From: an uncultured Candidatus Saccharibacteria bacterium
GTDB taxonomy: Bacteria; Patescibacteriota; Minisyncoccia; Phycocordibacterales; UBA918
DNA: 64,000 nt
Direction: 5' to 3'
Assembly: GCA_964353135.1 (NCBI GenBank)
Contig: CAYGTV010000001.1
Span: 216,217-280,216 of the forward strand
Notes under the pieces: generated by a model
What the model saw: the letters and a program-made list of their open reading frames with translations, nothing else
The model's database searches: none
What the model was told of the DNA's origin: nothing
Made by a program: the position numbers and the translations under genes
In this document: in pieces, positions 1 through 8,926 of the stretch
How the letters are laid out: each line of letters opens with the position of its first letter
Numbering within the stretch: position 1 is the stretch's first letter

Positions 1-466
1 GGAAATCATGGATGAGGCGCTCGAGGTCAACGGTTTTACGATGGAGCAAGCGACTGATCAGTCAAAGCAATCAGAAGCAGAGCTGCTAGCGTCATTTCTA
101 GAGTGGTCGCAGGATTTGCCAGAACGAACGCTAACCGGGCAAAATGTGCCATTTGATCACAATATGCTCGAGGCTGCCGCGAGGCGAGCGAAGCTGAATT
201 GGAACTTCGCACACCGCACGATCGACATTCATTCATTGTGTTGGATGCATGTGATCAAATCTGGTGGGCAGCCGCCAGTAGACGAAAAACATAAGCGAAC
301 TGCGCTTAATTCTCACGCGGTGCAAAAATATTGTGGTGTACCAAAAGAACCTGACCCGCACAATGCTCTGTCTGGAGCACTTTGGCACGCTGAAGTCACA
401 TCGCGCCTGCTATACGACAAAAAACTTCTCCCCGAATTTGCCGAGTTCGACATACCGTGGCTATAG
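1..466 (+). CDS. DEDDh 3'-5' exonuclease (DnaQ-like), probably 5'-truncated by window edge
   Basis: GQNVPFD (ExoII) and PHNALSGA (ExoIII-like) motifs; frame open to the window start. Confidence 0.75.
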   Translation, partial: EIMDEALEVNGFTMEQATDQSKQSEAELLASFLEWSQDLPERTLTGQNVPFDHNMLEAAARRAKLNWNFAHRTIDIHSLCWMHVIKSGGQPPVDEKHKRTALNSHAVQKYCGVPKEPDPHNALSGALWHAEVTSRLLYDKKLLPEFAEFDIPWL

Positions 467-489
467 CAAAATGCTAAAATAGGTCTATT

Positions 490-1251
490 ATGGCACTTGA
501 TAAAAAACGGCGAACGCCGAGCAACAAAACTATTGGTAAGCGAAAACAGACTGAACAGCATCAGCGGATTGTAAGCGAACTCCTGGATCCTGAAAGCACT
601 CAAGGTGACGCAGTGCAGTCATGGCGAGTATTTCGTATCATGTCTGAATTTGTACAAGGGTTTGAATTGCTGCGGGACCACGGTAAGGCAGCCACGTTTT
701 GGGGAAGTGCCAGATTAACTCCTGACAACACCTACTACAAGCAAGCTGAAGAGCTGGCCGCAAAACTAGCAAAAGACGGTTTTTCTATCATTTCAGGCGG
801 TGGGCCGGGAATTATGGAAGCGTCTAACGTGGGTGCATTCAAAGTTGGTGGTCGATCGGTTGGACTCAATATCCAGCTGCCGTTTGAACAAAAACTTAAT
901 CCGTACACTAACGAGTCCCTCAACTTTGATTTTTTCTTCTCGCGCAAGGTGATGCTTACTTTTGCTTCAGAAGTATATGTCTATTTCCCGGGTGGATTTG
1001 GTACCCTCGATGAATTTTTCGAGATCGTGACCCTGATTCAGACTAAAAAAATCGAACCAATACCGGTTGTGCTCTACGGCAAAGAATTCTGGGAGCCATT
1101 CCTAAAAGTGTTTAAAGAAGACTTGCTAGAAAAACACGCAACGATCAGCCCTGAAGATATGGATATATTCCACTTAGTTGACAGTGTCGACGAGGCGATG
1201 AAGTACATCACTAAAGAAGTGAAAAAAATTGGTAACGTACAACAGGTCTAA
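490..1251 (+). CDS. LOG-family (TIGR00730-like) nucleotide-binding protein
   Basis: FWGSAR, SGGGPGIMEA, FFSRKVM, PGGFGTLDEFFE motifs. Confidence 0.9.
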   Translation: MALDKKRRTPSNKTIGKRKQTEQHQRIVSELLDPESTQGDAVQSWRVFRIMSEFVQGFELLRDHGKAATFWGSARLTPDNTYYKQAEELAAKLAKDGFSIISGGGPGIMEASNVGAFKVGGRSVGLNIQLPFEQKLNPYTNESLNFDFFFSRKVMLTFASEVYVYFPGGFGTLDEFFEIVTLIQTKKIEPIPVVLYGKEFWEPFLKVFKEDLLEKHATISPEDMDIFHLVDSVDEAMKYITKEVKKIGNVQQV

Positions 1252-1254
1252 CCT

Positions 1255-2520
1255 ATGCTGTTTTCTTACTTTGACGTTGGGTTTGCTACTGCCAAAGGAT
1301 TTCAGTGGGGTATCGCTAAAAATGTAAAAGCACTTTCAGCCTATCGTACAAAGGTAGCCAAGGTTATTGCACAGCATGACAATAAACATCCAGAATATTC
1401 GCTGGTGCACGCCGCTGACGCTGCTGCCCATGATGTTATTGATGGTGTCCGTCAGGACTTCGCAGGAATCAAACATTTGATCCTGATTGGTATTGGCGGA
1501 TCTAACCTTGGGACTGAGGCGGTCCATGCGCTACTCGGTGAGAAGAAAGTCCAGTTACACAGCCTCGACACAATTGCTCCTTATCAAGTAGATGAGCTAC
1601 TTACAAAACTGAAGCGGGTAAAGAAGACTTCAGACATAGCAGTTTGTATCATCAGTAAATCTGGCGGCACCACTGAAACAATGGTTAATGCAGGGGTTGT
1701 TCTAGATGCACTCGAGGGTCAACTAGGAAAAGGTATTTATAAGCAAACGATTTGTATTAGCAATCCAGGTACTGCGTTTATGAAAGCCGCAAAACGGATG
1801 GGGGCTCGAGCGATTGCAATGCCAGAGATAGTGGGTGGCAGATACTCAGTTGGGACTGAAGTAGGACTAGTGCCACTGGCGCTGCTTGGTCATAGTGTTG
1901 ATGGGTTTATAGAGGGCTTGCTTGATGCCTCGAAAGAACAATTTGAATCAGTTACAGCGGAGAATGCCGCACGGTTGTACTTATATCTATCTAAAAAATA
2001 TACTCACTACAATTTCTTTGCTTTTGAGCCGCGCTTATACAAGCTTGCTGCTTGGTATCGACAGTTACAAGCGGAAAGTCTCGGCAAGACTCATACCAAG
2101 AAAAATAAAAAGAACACAAAAGGATTTGTTCCAACTCTCAGCACAGCGGTTGAGCTACACTCGACTGGTCAGTTGCATATGAGCGGTCTGCTTCCAACCT
2201 ATACTGATTTTGTCACGTTTGATGATGAAGAGGTAAATTACGATATTCCTAAAAAAGGTCTAGCCAAAAACCTTAGTAAGTTCAACCTGCAAGAAATCGC
2301 AACCGGAATCTATGGTGGGGTGATCGGTGCATATCAAGCAAAGAAACTGCCATATCGTTCAACAATCTTTGACGAAGATCTCCCATACTCAGTCGGACTA
2401 TTTATGGGGATGCGGATGATGGAAACGATGTATGTTGCAGAACTGCTTGGGATCAATGCCTTTGATCAGCCTAATGTGGAACTGTACAAAGATAAGACTC
2501 GTGAGATTTTAGATTTGTAA
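1255..2520 (+). CDS. pgi: Glucose-6-phosphate isomerase (divergent)
   Basis: IGIGGSNLG, SKSGGTTET, VGGRYSV, AESLGK, AFDQPNVELYK. Confidence 0.85.
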   Translation: MLFSYFDVGFATAKGFQWGIAKNVKALSAYRTKVAKVIAQHDNKHPEYSLVHAADAAAHDVIDGVRQDFAGIKHLILIGIGGSNLGTEAVHALLGEKKVQLHSLDTIAPYQVDELLTKLKRVKKTSDIAVCIISKSGGTTETMVNAGVVLDALEGQLGKGIYKQTICISNPGTAFMKAAKRMGARAIAMPEIVGGRYSVGTEVGLVPLALLGHSVDGFIEGLLDASKEQFESVTAENAARLYLYLSKKYTHYNFFAFEPRLYKLAAWYRQLQAESLGKTHTKKNKKNTKGFVPTLSTAVELHSTGQLHMSGLLPTYTDFVTFDDEEVNYDIPKKGLAKNLSKFNLQEIATGIYGGVIGAYQAKKLPYRSTIFDEDLPYSVGLFMGMRMMETMYVAELLGINAFDQPNVELYKDKTREILDL

Positions 2521-2523
2521 TGT

Positions 2524-2733
2524 ATGCTTTACGTAATCGGAATAACTCTGGTGGCTGCTTACGTAATTGCGCGACTTTTTGAAAAGGTAGACCCAAAAGA
2601 GTGGGAGAAGCTAGCAAAGGAACGTGTGGAATTAAAAAAGCAACAAGAGGGAAAAGGATTTACAGGTAGCAGGTTGTTCCCTATGTTTGTGCTAACAATC
2701 ATTGCGTATCTGGTATTGTTATTACTGATATGA
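2524..2733 (+). CDS. Small membrane protein (2 hydrophobic segments)
   Basis: 69-aa ORF fitted between pgi and ROK gene, ATGA overlap with next gene. Confidence 0.6.
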   Translation: MLYVIGITLVAAYVIARLFEKVDPKEWEKLAKERVELKKQQEGKGFTGSRLFPMFVLTIIAYLVLLLLI

Positions 2734-3569
2734 CATACGTAGTATTTGACATCGGCGGGACAAAGACTCGCATCGCCACCTCAACTGACTTAATCAAATT
2801 TGATGAAGTGAAATCGTACAAAACCCCATCGACCTTTAATGATGGGATGAAAAAATTTGTCGAGACTGTCAAAGAAATGACCGATGAAGTGACGGCCATT
2901 GCCGGCGGAATTCGTGGACGGCTGGCAGAAGATAAGAGCGGGATAGAAAATGACGGTGTACTTACCAAATGGGCAGGGGAATCTGTGGTCGGATACCTTG
3001 AAAAAACATACGGAGATATTCCAGTCTTTTTAGAAAACGACACAGCGATTGCTGGGGTAGGCGAGGCAACCTTTGGTGCGGGAGAAGGGCTCGAGATCGT
3101 CGCGTACCACACAGTCAGCACCGGTGTCGGTGGTGCAAAAATTGAAGACGGTGAAATTGACCATGCGGATGTTGGTTTTGAACCAGGTCATCAGATCCTC
3201 GACATTGATCGGACGATATTAGGGGAAGAAATCACTCCGACATTAGAAAACATGGTGTCTGGTACAGCCATCAAACAACGTTTTGGTGTAGAGCCATACG
3301 AGATTCCACAGACTGATGTTCTCTGGGATGACTTGGCTGGCTATTTGGCTCAAGGACTGCGCAACACCATTTTGTACTGGTCACCTGACGCAATTGTGCT
3401 GGGTGGATCAATGATCATTGGAGACCCAGCGATCAAAATTGACGCCATACGCAAGGCAACAGTAGAGGCACTTGACGGCTTTGAAGATACGCCGCTGATT
3501 GTAGAAGCAAAACTAGGGGACGAGGCCGGTCTATGGGGTGGAATGGCTATTTTGGCTAAACGACTATAA
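2730..3569 (+). CDS. ROK-family sugar kinase (glucokinase-like)
   Basis: DIGGTK, ENDT, STGVGG, EPGH, LGGS, AGLWGG. Confidence 0.85.
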   Translation: MTYVVFDIGGTKTRIATSTDLIKFDEVKSYKTPSTFNDGMKKFVETVKEMTDEVTAIAGGIRGRLAEDKSGIENDGVLTKWAGESVVGYLEKTYGDIPVFLENDTAIAGVGEATFGAGEGLEIVAYHTVSTGVGGAKIEDGEIDHADVGFEPGHQILDIDRTILGEEITPTLENMVSGTAIKQRFGVEPYEIPQTDVLWDDLAGYLAQGLRNTILYWSPDAIVLGGSMIIGDPAIKIDAIRKATVEALDGFEDTPLIVEAKLGDEAGLWGGMAILAKRL

Positions 3570-3640
3570 GCCTAGTTTAAGGTAGCGCCCCGCCTCTGGA
3601 TTTTGTATACTGAAAAGACATTATTCTTTAAGCTATTTCT

Positions 3641-4405
3641 ATGGAAGGTCTCATTATTTTAATTGTAGTAATCGGAGGAATCCTCCTTTCGTTCTTACGT
3701 GAAGTGAAGCAGTACGAACGAGGGGTGGTGCTCACGATGGGGAAGTACAGTAGTTTACGTGGACCAGGATGGAGTATCATCATTCCAATTTTTCAGGCAA
3801 TGGAAAAGGTTGACCTGCGAGTCAAAGCGGTCGATGTACCAGACCAAAAGGTAATCACCCGTGACAACGTATCTGCTAGTATCAACGCCGTGATTTACTA
3901 CAAAGTATCTGATGCTGCCCGGGCGGTTCTTGAGGTAGAGGACTTCCGGTATGCTGTCTCACAGTTGGCACAGACAACTATGCGTAACATTGTCGGTGGT
4001 GCAGAGCTCGATGAAGTGCTGGCAAACCGCGAGGAATTATCTGACAAAATCAGAGCGATCATTGATGCTGAGACGGACAAATGGGGGATCAAGGTAGATA
4101 ACGTAGAACTCAAGGATTTCTTCCTACCAGAAGACATGGAGCGAACCATTGCCAAACAAGCCGAAGCCGAGCGTGAACGACGAGCGGTAATCATTAATGC
4201 TGAAGGGGAAGTGGTGGCTGCAGAAAACATCGCTAAAGCTGCCAAAATGCTTTCGGACTCGCCAGGAGCATTGCATTTGCGTACCCTGCAAACCCTCAAC
4301 GACCTATCGTCTGACCAATCAAATACCGTTATTTTTGCGGTTCCAATCGAAGTACTACGAGCAGTAGAAGGTGCAACAGCCATGATGACAAAGATAAAAG
4401 AGTAA
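3641..4405 (+). CDS. SPFH/stomatin (slipin) family protein
   Basis: N-terminal TM, QYERGV, VITRDNV, QAEAERERRA, LRTLQTL. Confidence 0.9.
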   Translation: MEGLIILIVVIGGILLSFLREVKQYERGVVLTMGKYSSLRGPGWSIIIPIFQAMEKVDLRVKAVDVPDQKVITRDNVSASINAVIYYKVSDAARAVLEVEDFRYAVSQLAQTTMRNIVGGAELDEVLANREELSDKIRAIIDAETDKWGIKVDNVELKDFFLPEDMERTIAKQAEAERERRAVIINAEGEVVAAENIAKAAKMLSDSPGALHLRTLQTLNDLSSDQSNTVIFAVPIEVLRAVEGATAMMTKIKE

Positions 4406-4413
4406 CAAAAAGG

Positions 4414-4442
4414 TTGACTTTTATCTAAAAAAGTGTTATAGT
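4414..4442 (+). promoter_or_regulatory. sigma70 promoter TTGACT-17-TATAGT with extended -10 TG
   Basis: Near-consensus hexamers at 4414-4419 and 4437-4442. Confidence 0.75.
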
Positions 4443-4448
4443 CTTATA

Positions 4449-4555
4449 AATCCGCAATCCATGGTAGGATTGTCCGGTTGTCAGGGAAGGGGCGCTCTAT
4501 GAGTCCTCCGACCTATACTCATGTTGAGTTGTGACATTTATCTATAAGACAATTG
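4449..4555 (+). promoter_or_regulatory. Structured 5' leader, candidate cis-regulatory RNA
   Basis: Stems caatcc/ggattg, tgtca/tgaca, gctc/gagt, actc/gagt between the promoter and the transglycosylase gene. Confidence 0.45.
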
Positions 4556-4559
4556 GCTT

Positions 4560-5003
4560 ATTATATCCACTGTAATCCTAGCAATCCTTTCACTCTCTAC
4601 TGCATCTGCGGTTGAAGTACCAGAAAGCGCATACGGAAACATCGGACAAGAAGAAGTAGTTGTTGCGACGAGAGAGCTTACACGAGGGCGAACCGAAGAG
4701 CTAGTACGTGAGTACTTCTCAGATATTCCAGTTATGGCAGAGGTTGCTCGATGTGAGTCAACGTTTCGTCATACACTCGAAGATGGTTCAGTTCTACGAG
4801 GAGTGGTTGATAGTCGTGATACTGGGGTGATGCAAATCAATACCTATTATCACGGTGAAGCTGCTGCTGCGATGGAACTTGACCTCGAAGACTTCTATCA
4901 CAACATGGCGTACGCTCGTGATCTATACGAGCGACAGGGAACACAACCCTGGAGCGCCAGCCGACCTTGTTGGGGTTCTTCCCAACTAGCAATGGCTAAC
5001 TAG
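4560..5003 (+). CDS. Secreted lysozyme-like/SLT transglycosylase-domain protein; true start uncertain (no in-frame ATG upstream of 4734)
   Basis: VARCES, DTGVMQIN, GTQPW motifs; frame open from 4548 encodes signal-peptide-like IISTVILAILSLSTASA. Confidence 0.7.
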   Translation: MISTVILAILSLSTASAVEVPESAYGNIGQEEVVVATRELTRGRTEELVREYFSDIPVMAEVARCESTFRHTLEDGSVLRGVVDSRDTGVMQINTYYHGEAAAAMELDLEDFYHNMAYARDLYERQGTQPWSASRPCWGSSQLAMAN

Positions 5004-5130
5004 TAGATCGTCCAAAAATAGAGTATCTGCACCAGCTTCACGATTTTGTTCCCTCACCGTATCACAAGGTACGGCTCAGTCACAAAATCACTCCAGCTGG
5101 CACACCTACAACTATTTTGTGAAAGATCTA
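5004..5130 (+). ncRNA. Candidate rod-shaped structured RNA in 3' UTR
   Basis: Nested pairings tagatc/gatcta, aaaatag/ctatttt, ccagct/agctgg, gattttgt/acaaaatc, ccgtatc/ggtacgg. Confidence 0.55.
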
Positions 5131-5171
5131 ACAACAAACCCGCTTGAAAGAGCGGGTTTGTTGTTATTTTT
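5130..5171 (+). terminator. Intrinsic terminator
   Basis: aacaacaaacccgct/agcgggtttgttgtt stem followed by T-run. Confidence 0.85.
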
Positions 5172-5224
5172 GAGAAACGTTGTATTGTTTGAGTAGATTG
5201 TAACAGAAGAACCTGGAGGACAAA

Positions 5225-5554
5225 ATGATTCCAATAACGAAAATATGGTTGATGCAACAAGCAGAAGGGTTAGCCTGGTATCAGGCTCTCAATCAGCTTG
5301 AGATACCATATCTTAAATGGCATGGACATAGTGGAAAAATACCCGCGGCGGTTCGCGATGAAGTTGAGAATCGAACACACGGGTTTGCGTGTGGATATGA
5401 GTTGCTTGAAGAGCGAAACCTTATGAATCCGTGGCGAATCGCTCACGACGGCATCAGCTACATCGTAGCTGAGCTATATGGTTACTCTCCGAAAGCGCAT
5501 GAGGCAGAAGGTTTTTTAATTTTTCCTCTCGGAGTCATCGACATCGATGCGTAG
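5225..5554 (+). CDS. Hypothetical protein, SD-led mini-cassette A (109 aa)
   Basis: GGAGG 5215-5219, promoter TTGAGA-18-TAGATT, terminator 5563-5589. Confidence 0.7.
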   Translation: MIPITKIWLMQQAEGLAWYQALNQLEIPYLKWHGHSGKIPAAVRDEVENRTHGFACGYELLEERNLMNPWRIAHDGISYIVAELYGYSPKAHEAEGFLIFPLGVIDIDA

Positions 5555-5614
5555 ATATAAATCGACTTGTCAATTTGACAGGTCGTTTTCTCTTGCTTTT
5601 GTTATACTTACAAC

Positions 5615-6082
5615 ATGAAATACTGGCTAATGAAATCTGAACCGGATTGTTACTCGATTGATGATCTGAAAAAAGACAAAGTTGAACACTGGGATGGTAC
5701 CCGGAATTATCAGGTGCGCAATATGATGCGTGATGATATGACAGTGGGGGACTTAGCAATTTTTTATCATAGTAACGCTGGTAAGGAGACTGGCTGTGTG
5801 GGAGTGATGAAAGTACACAGTAAAGCCTACCCAGACCCAACTCAGTTTGACCCAAAATCAGATCACCCAGACCCAAAAAGTGATCCTGAAAACCCGCGCT
5901 GGTTATGTGTTGATATGAAGTATGTGTCGCACTTACCGCGCCTGGTGTCACTCCAGGAAATCAAGCTCGATCCTAAATTTACTGATATGCCTTTGGTGCA
6001 GCGAGGGAACCGACTGTCAGTTTTTCCCATCAAAAAAGTCCACTTTGATCGAATTGTTAAGTTGGCAAAAGAAGAGCAATAA
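5615..6082 (+). CDS. EVE domain protein
   Basis: YWLMKSEP, WDGTRNYQVRN, FYHS, AYPDPTQFD, GNRLSV. Confidence 0.92.
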   Translation: MKYWLMKSEPDCYSIDDLKKDKVEHWDGTRNYQVRNMMRDDMTVGDLAIFYHSNAGKETGCVGVMKVHSKAYPDPTQFDPKSDHPDPKSDPENPRWLCVDMKYVSHLPRLVSLQEIKLDPKFTDMPLVQRGNRLSVFPIKKVHFDRIVKLAKEEQ

Positions 6083-6146
6083 GCAGTGCTAGTTTATGCC
6101 CGCCATTGTCAGTGTCGGCCATTGTACGTTGTTATACTGAACTTAT

Positions 6147-7352
6147 ATGGAATCTACGATCAACTCGCTGCGCGACACCAAGGGACGCTTTCAGAAAAAA
6201 GATACTGGCTTTATGCAGTTGTTTATCAGCAAACGGTTGATCCACGGAGCAGCCGCTGCACTGGCGGGGATTTTTGTCCCGATCTTTCTCTACGAAACCA
6301 CTGGTGAATCATTTTTTGTAGTTGGGGGGTACTATGCATTCCTCTCATTGATGTACGCACTATTGCTGGTACCAAGCATGTCGATTACTAATCACCTAGG
6401 GTTTAGTAAGACGCTTGTTTTGTCCGGGGTCTGTAGCATCATTACCTACATATTCCTGTTCTTGCTGACGCCAGAAAACATCCTAACGCTGATGTGGCCA
6501 CTGGCAGCTGCAATTATAGCTTTTAGATTATTTCACTGGGTACCTTTTCATACCGACTTTGCCTTGTTCACAACAGCCGGGAAGCGAGGCAAGCAGGTAA
6601 GTTTGTCATTTGCAGCCATCGCGTTTATGGGGGCAATCGGACCGATTGCTGCTGGTTTTATTGTCGCCAACGCGGGGTACACAGCGCTATTTGGAACTAT
6701 CATTGTTCTCTTGATCGCAGCCACTATTTCTTATGCCTACGTTCCTGAAACTCCAACGCATTTTGACTGGTCTTGGAAAGAAACCTGGCGGCAATTTAAA
6801 TACAAGAAAAATAGGGGATTAATGGTGGGGGAGTTTGCCAACGGAGCAGAGACAATTGTAAACATTATCGTTTGGCCAATTTTCCTGTACGAGATTCTCA
6901 ACGGCGATTTGTTTAGCATCGGGGCACTGTCTACAATTATTGTTGGGGTAACGATTATCCTGCAACTAATCCTTGGTCGCTATTTGGATAAGCAGGGCAA
7001 GGATAAAACTAAAACCTTGCGGGTGGGAAGCTTCCTCTATGCAATTGGCTGGATCCTTAAAATTTTTGTTTTGTCCGCTGCGCAAGTATTTTTCGTTGGT
7101 CTGTATCACAACATCGTACGGATTTTCTCGCACACTCCGTTTAGCGCGATTATTTACGACATGTCAGCTGACCAGGGGAGTCTGGTTGATGAATATACTG
7201 TGATCAGAGAAATGGCCAATCATCTCGGCCGAGCGTCTGCTTTGCTCGTCACAGCTATCCTGACGCTATTTATCCCAATAGGGTGGACATTCTTTATTGC
7301 CGTTGGTGCATCACTGGCCCTTAATATGGTCTATACGGCACAAAGGCGGTAG
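6147..7352 (+). CDS. MFS-type transporter
   Basis: About 12 hydrophobic segments, GRYLDKQG loop motif. Confidence 0.75.
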   Translation: MESTINSLRDTKGRFQKKDTGFMQLFISKRLIHGAAAALAGIFVPIFLYETTGESFFVVGGYYAFLSLMYALLLVPSMSITNHLGFSKTLVLSGVCSIITYIFLFLLTPENILTLMWPLAAAIIAFRLFHWVPFHTDFALFTTAGKRGKQVSLSFAAIAFMGAIGPIAAGFIVANAGYTALFGTIIVLLIAATISYAYVPETPTHFDWSWKETWRQFKYKKNRGLMVGEFANGAETIVNIIVWPIFLYEILNGDLFSIGALSTIIVGVTIILQLILGRYLDKQGKDKTKTLRVGSFLYAIGWILKIFVLSAAQVFFVGLYHNIVRIFSHTPFSAIIYDMSADQGSLVDEYTVIREMANHLGRASALLVTAILTLFIPIGWTFFIAVGASLALNMVYTAQRR

Positions 7353-7361
7353 GATGAATAG

Positions 7362-8096
7362 ATGAAAATTGGATTTTTTGATTCTGGGCAGGGTGGGCTG
7401 CTGATTGCAAAAGCTGTTCAGGCGCAGATGGTTGAGTATGATTACTTTTACTATGGCGATACCGCTAATGTTCCTTATGGTGATAAATCGCAATCAGAGA
7501 TATTTGAATTAACTAAGATGGGTGTTGAGTATTTGTTTTCTAAAGGATGTATTTTGGTTGTGGTGGCTTGTAACACAGCGTCGGTGCAGTCAATTCGAGA
7601 GCTACAAGAAGACTGGCTTCCAACTGAGTATCCTGATCGAAAGATACTGGGAGTGGTTATACCTACCGTGGAGGAATTGCATAAAGAAGGTGTGCAAGAA
7701 GCTTTGTTGCTTGCGACTAGTAGGACAGTGGATTCAAATAAATATGAGACCGAGCTGGCTAAAATTGGAACTAAAATAATTTTACATAAACAAGCTGCAC
7801 CTCTACTTGTACCGTTACTAGAGACAGGGGACTTTATTCAAGCAGTAGATTGCGCTTACAATCATATCTCTGATTGTGTGAATCAAAATCCAAATCTTGG
7901 GGCGGTGATTCTCGGCTGCACACACTACAGTTTGATCGTAGGGGACTTGCGGAAGCGGTTTCCAGAGATTCGCTTTTTTGCACAATCAGAGATTATTCCA
8001 AAGAAGCTCGAAGAGTACCTAGGGAAGCATAAAGAGATAAAAAGTACTTTAACCACAGGTGGTACATTTCAAACAAACTTAACTGGAGAGAAATAA
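7362..8096 (+). CDS. murI: Glutamate racemase
   Basis: FDSGQGG, VPYG, VACNTAS, LGCTHY. Confidence 0.92.
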   Translation: MKIGFFDSGQGGLLIAKAVQAQMVEYDYFYYGDTANVPYGDKSQSEIFELTKMGVEYLFSKGCILVVVACNTASVQSIRELQEDWLPTEYPDRKILGVVIPTVEELHKEGVQEALLLATSRTVDSNKYETELAKIGTKIILHKQAAPLLVPLLETGDFIQAVDCAYNHISDCVNQNPNLGAVILGCTHYSLIVGDLRKRFPEIRFFAQSEIIPKKLEEYLGKHKEIKSTLTTGGTFQTNLTGEK

Positions 8097-8226
8097 GCCG
8101 GGAGGGAGTAGTAGTTGTATGTATTCCTTTGTCTATTCCCTTATGTCGCACAATATATCTTTTGCGACATTCATACTATTACAATAAAGCCTGGTATAGG
8201 TATCCAGGCTTCTCCACTCAAGAGGC
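8097..8226 (+). ncRNA. Multi-stem structured element between convergent murI and pgl (terminator and/or RNA)
   Basis: gtagtag/ctattac, atgtcgca/tgcgacat, aagcctgg/ccaggctt, outer gag-ggag/ctcc-ctc pairings. Confidence 0.4.
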
Positions 8227-8925
8227 TTATTTTGGCCCTATAAGCTGATCTGTGTACACCGTAGTACCTCTATGTCGTTTGACCAGCTCAGCTGGTCGTT
8301 CATGGATTTCTTTTGTTTCATGTATAAGCGACTCCAGGACCATCTTTTTGGTTTCTCCGGTTACATACACAATCAACTCATCAGGCTTACTAAGTATCCA
8401 GTTAGGTGTAAACGAGGCTCTAGAATCGATTCTAAGGCCCTCTAGGTGTACTGGTACGATGTCTAGATCGTCTCGATCATAGATCGCAGTGAAGGTCTCT
8501 TTGGGTAGTGGAAAAATCCCGGCCGTGTGGCCATCTGGGCCGACTCCTAGTACCTGTAGAATTTTTGGATTTTTTAATGTAGAAATTTCTACTGAAAATA
8601 TTTGTGAAATCCGACTAGCAAAATTTTCTAAATTTTCTCTAGCTTCCGGAACGGTCAAAATTAAATTTTTAGCTACGTAGGAATCCGGGTACCTATTAAC
8701 CAGTTGTAGAGAATTGTTGATTTTTGCATCCCTACTCCCCCGCTCGTCTCCCATCATAAATATTGTGCGACATTCAAATTTATCTAGATCAGTTATGTGC
8801 TCGATGATGTCTAGGGCTGAGCCGCCTGAGAGCAGACACACTGCGTCCCCTTGGTGTCTCTCTATAGTTTCTCGTATATGCCTCCCTGCCAGCTTGGCTG
8901 GGGTGTCTGTGGTAACTATATGCAT
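8227..8925 (-). CDS. pgl: 6-phosphogluconolactonase
   Basis: LSGGS, GDER, LGVGPDGHTAGIFP; follows zwf-gnd; start set at ATG 8925. Confidence 0.8.
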   Translation of the reverse strand: MHIVTTDTPAKLAGRHIRETIERHQGDAVCLLSGGSALDIIEHITDLDKFECRTIFMMGDERGSRDAKINNSLQLVNRYPDSYVAKNLILTVPEARENLENFASRISQIFSVEISTLKNPKILQVLGVGPDGHTAGIFPLPKETFTAIYDRDDLDIVPVHLEGLRIDSRASFTPNWILSKPDELIVYVTGETKKMVLESLIHETKEIHERPAELVKRHRGTTVYTDQLIGPK

Positions 8926-8926
8926 A

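Noticed and set aside
3898-4383. Many long antisense ORFs (this one, and those opposite dnaK, rpoA, alaS, ychF)
   Set aside because: Shadow frames of well-supported genes with Ser/Ile-rich composition and no expression signals.
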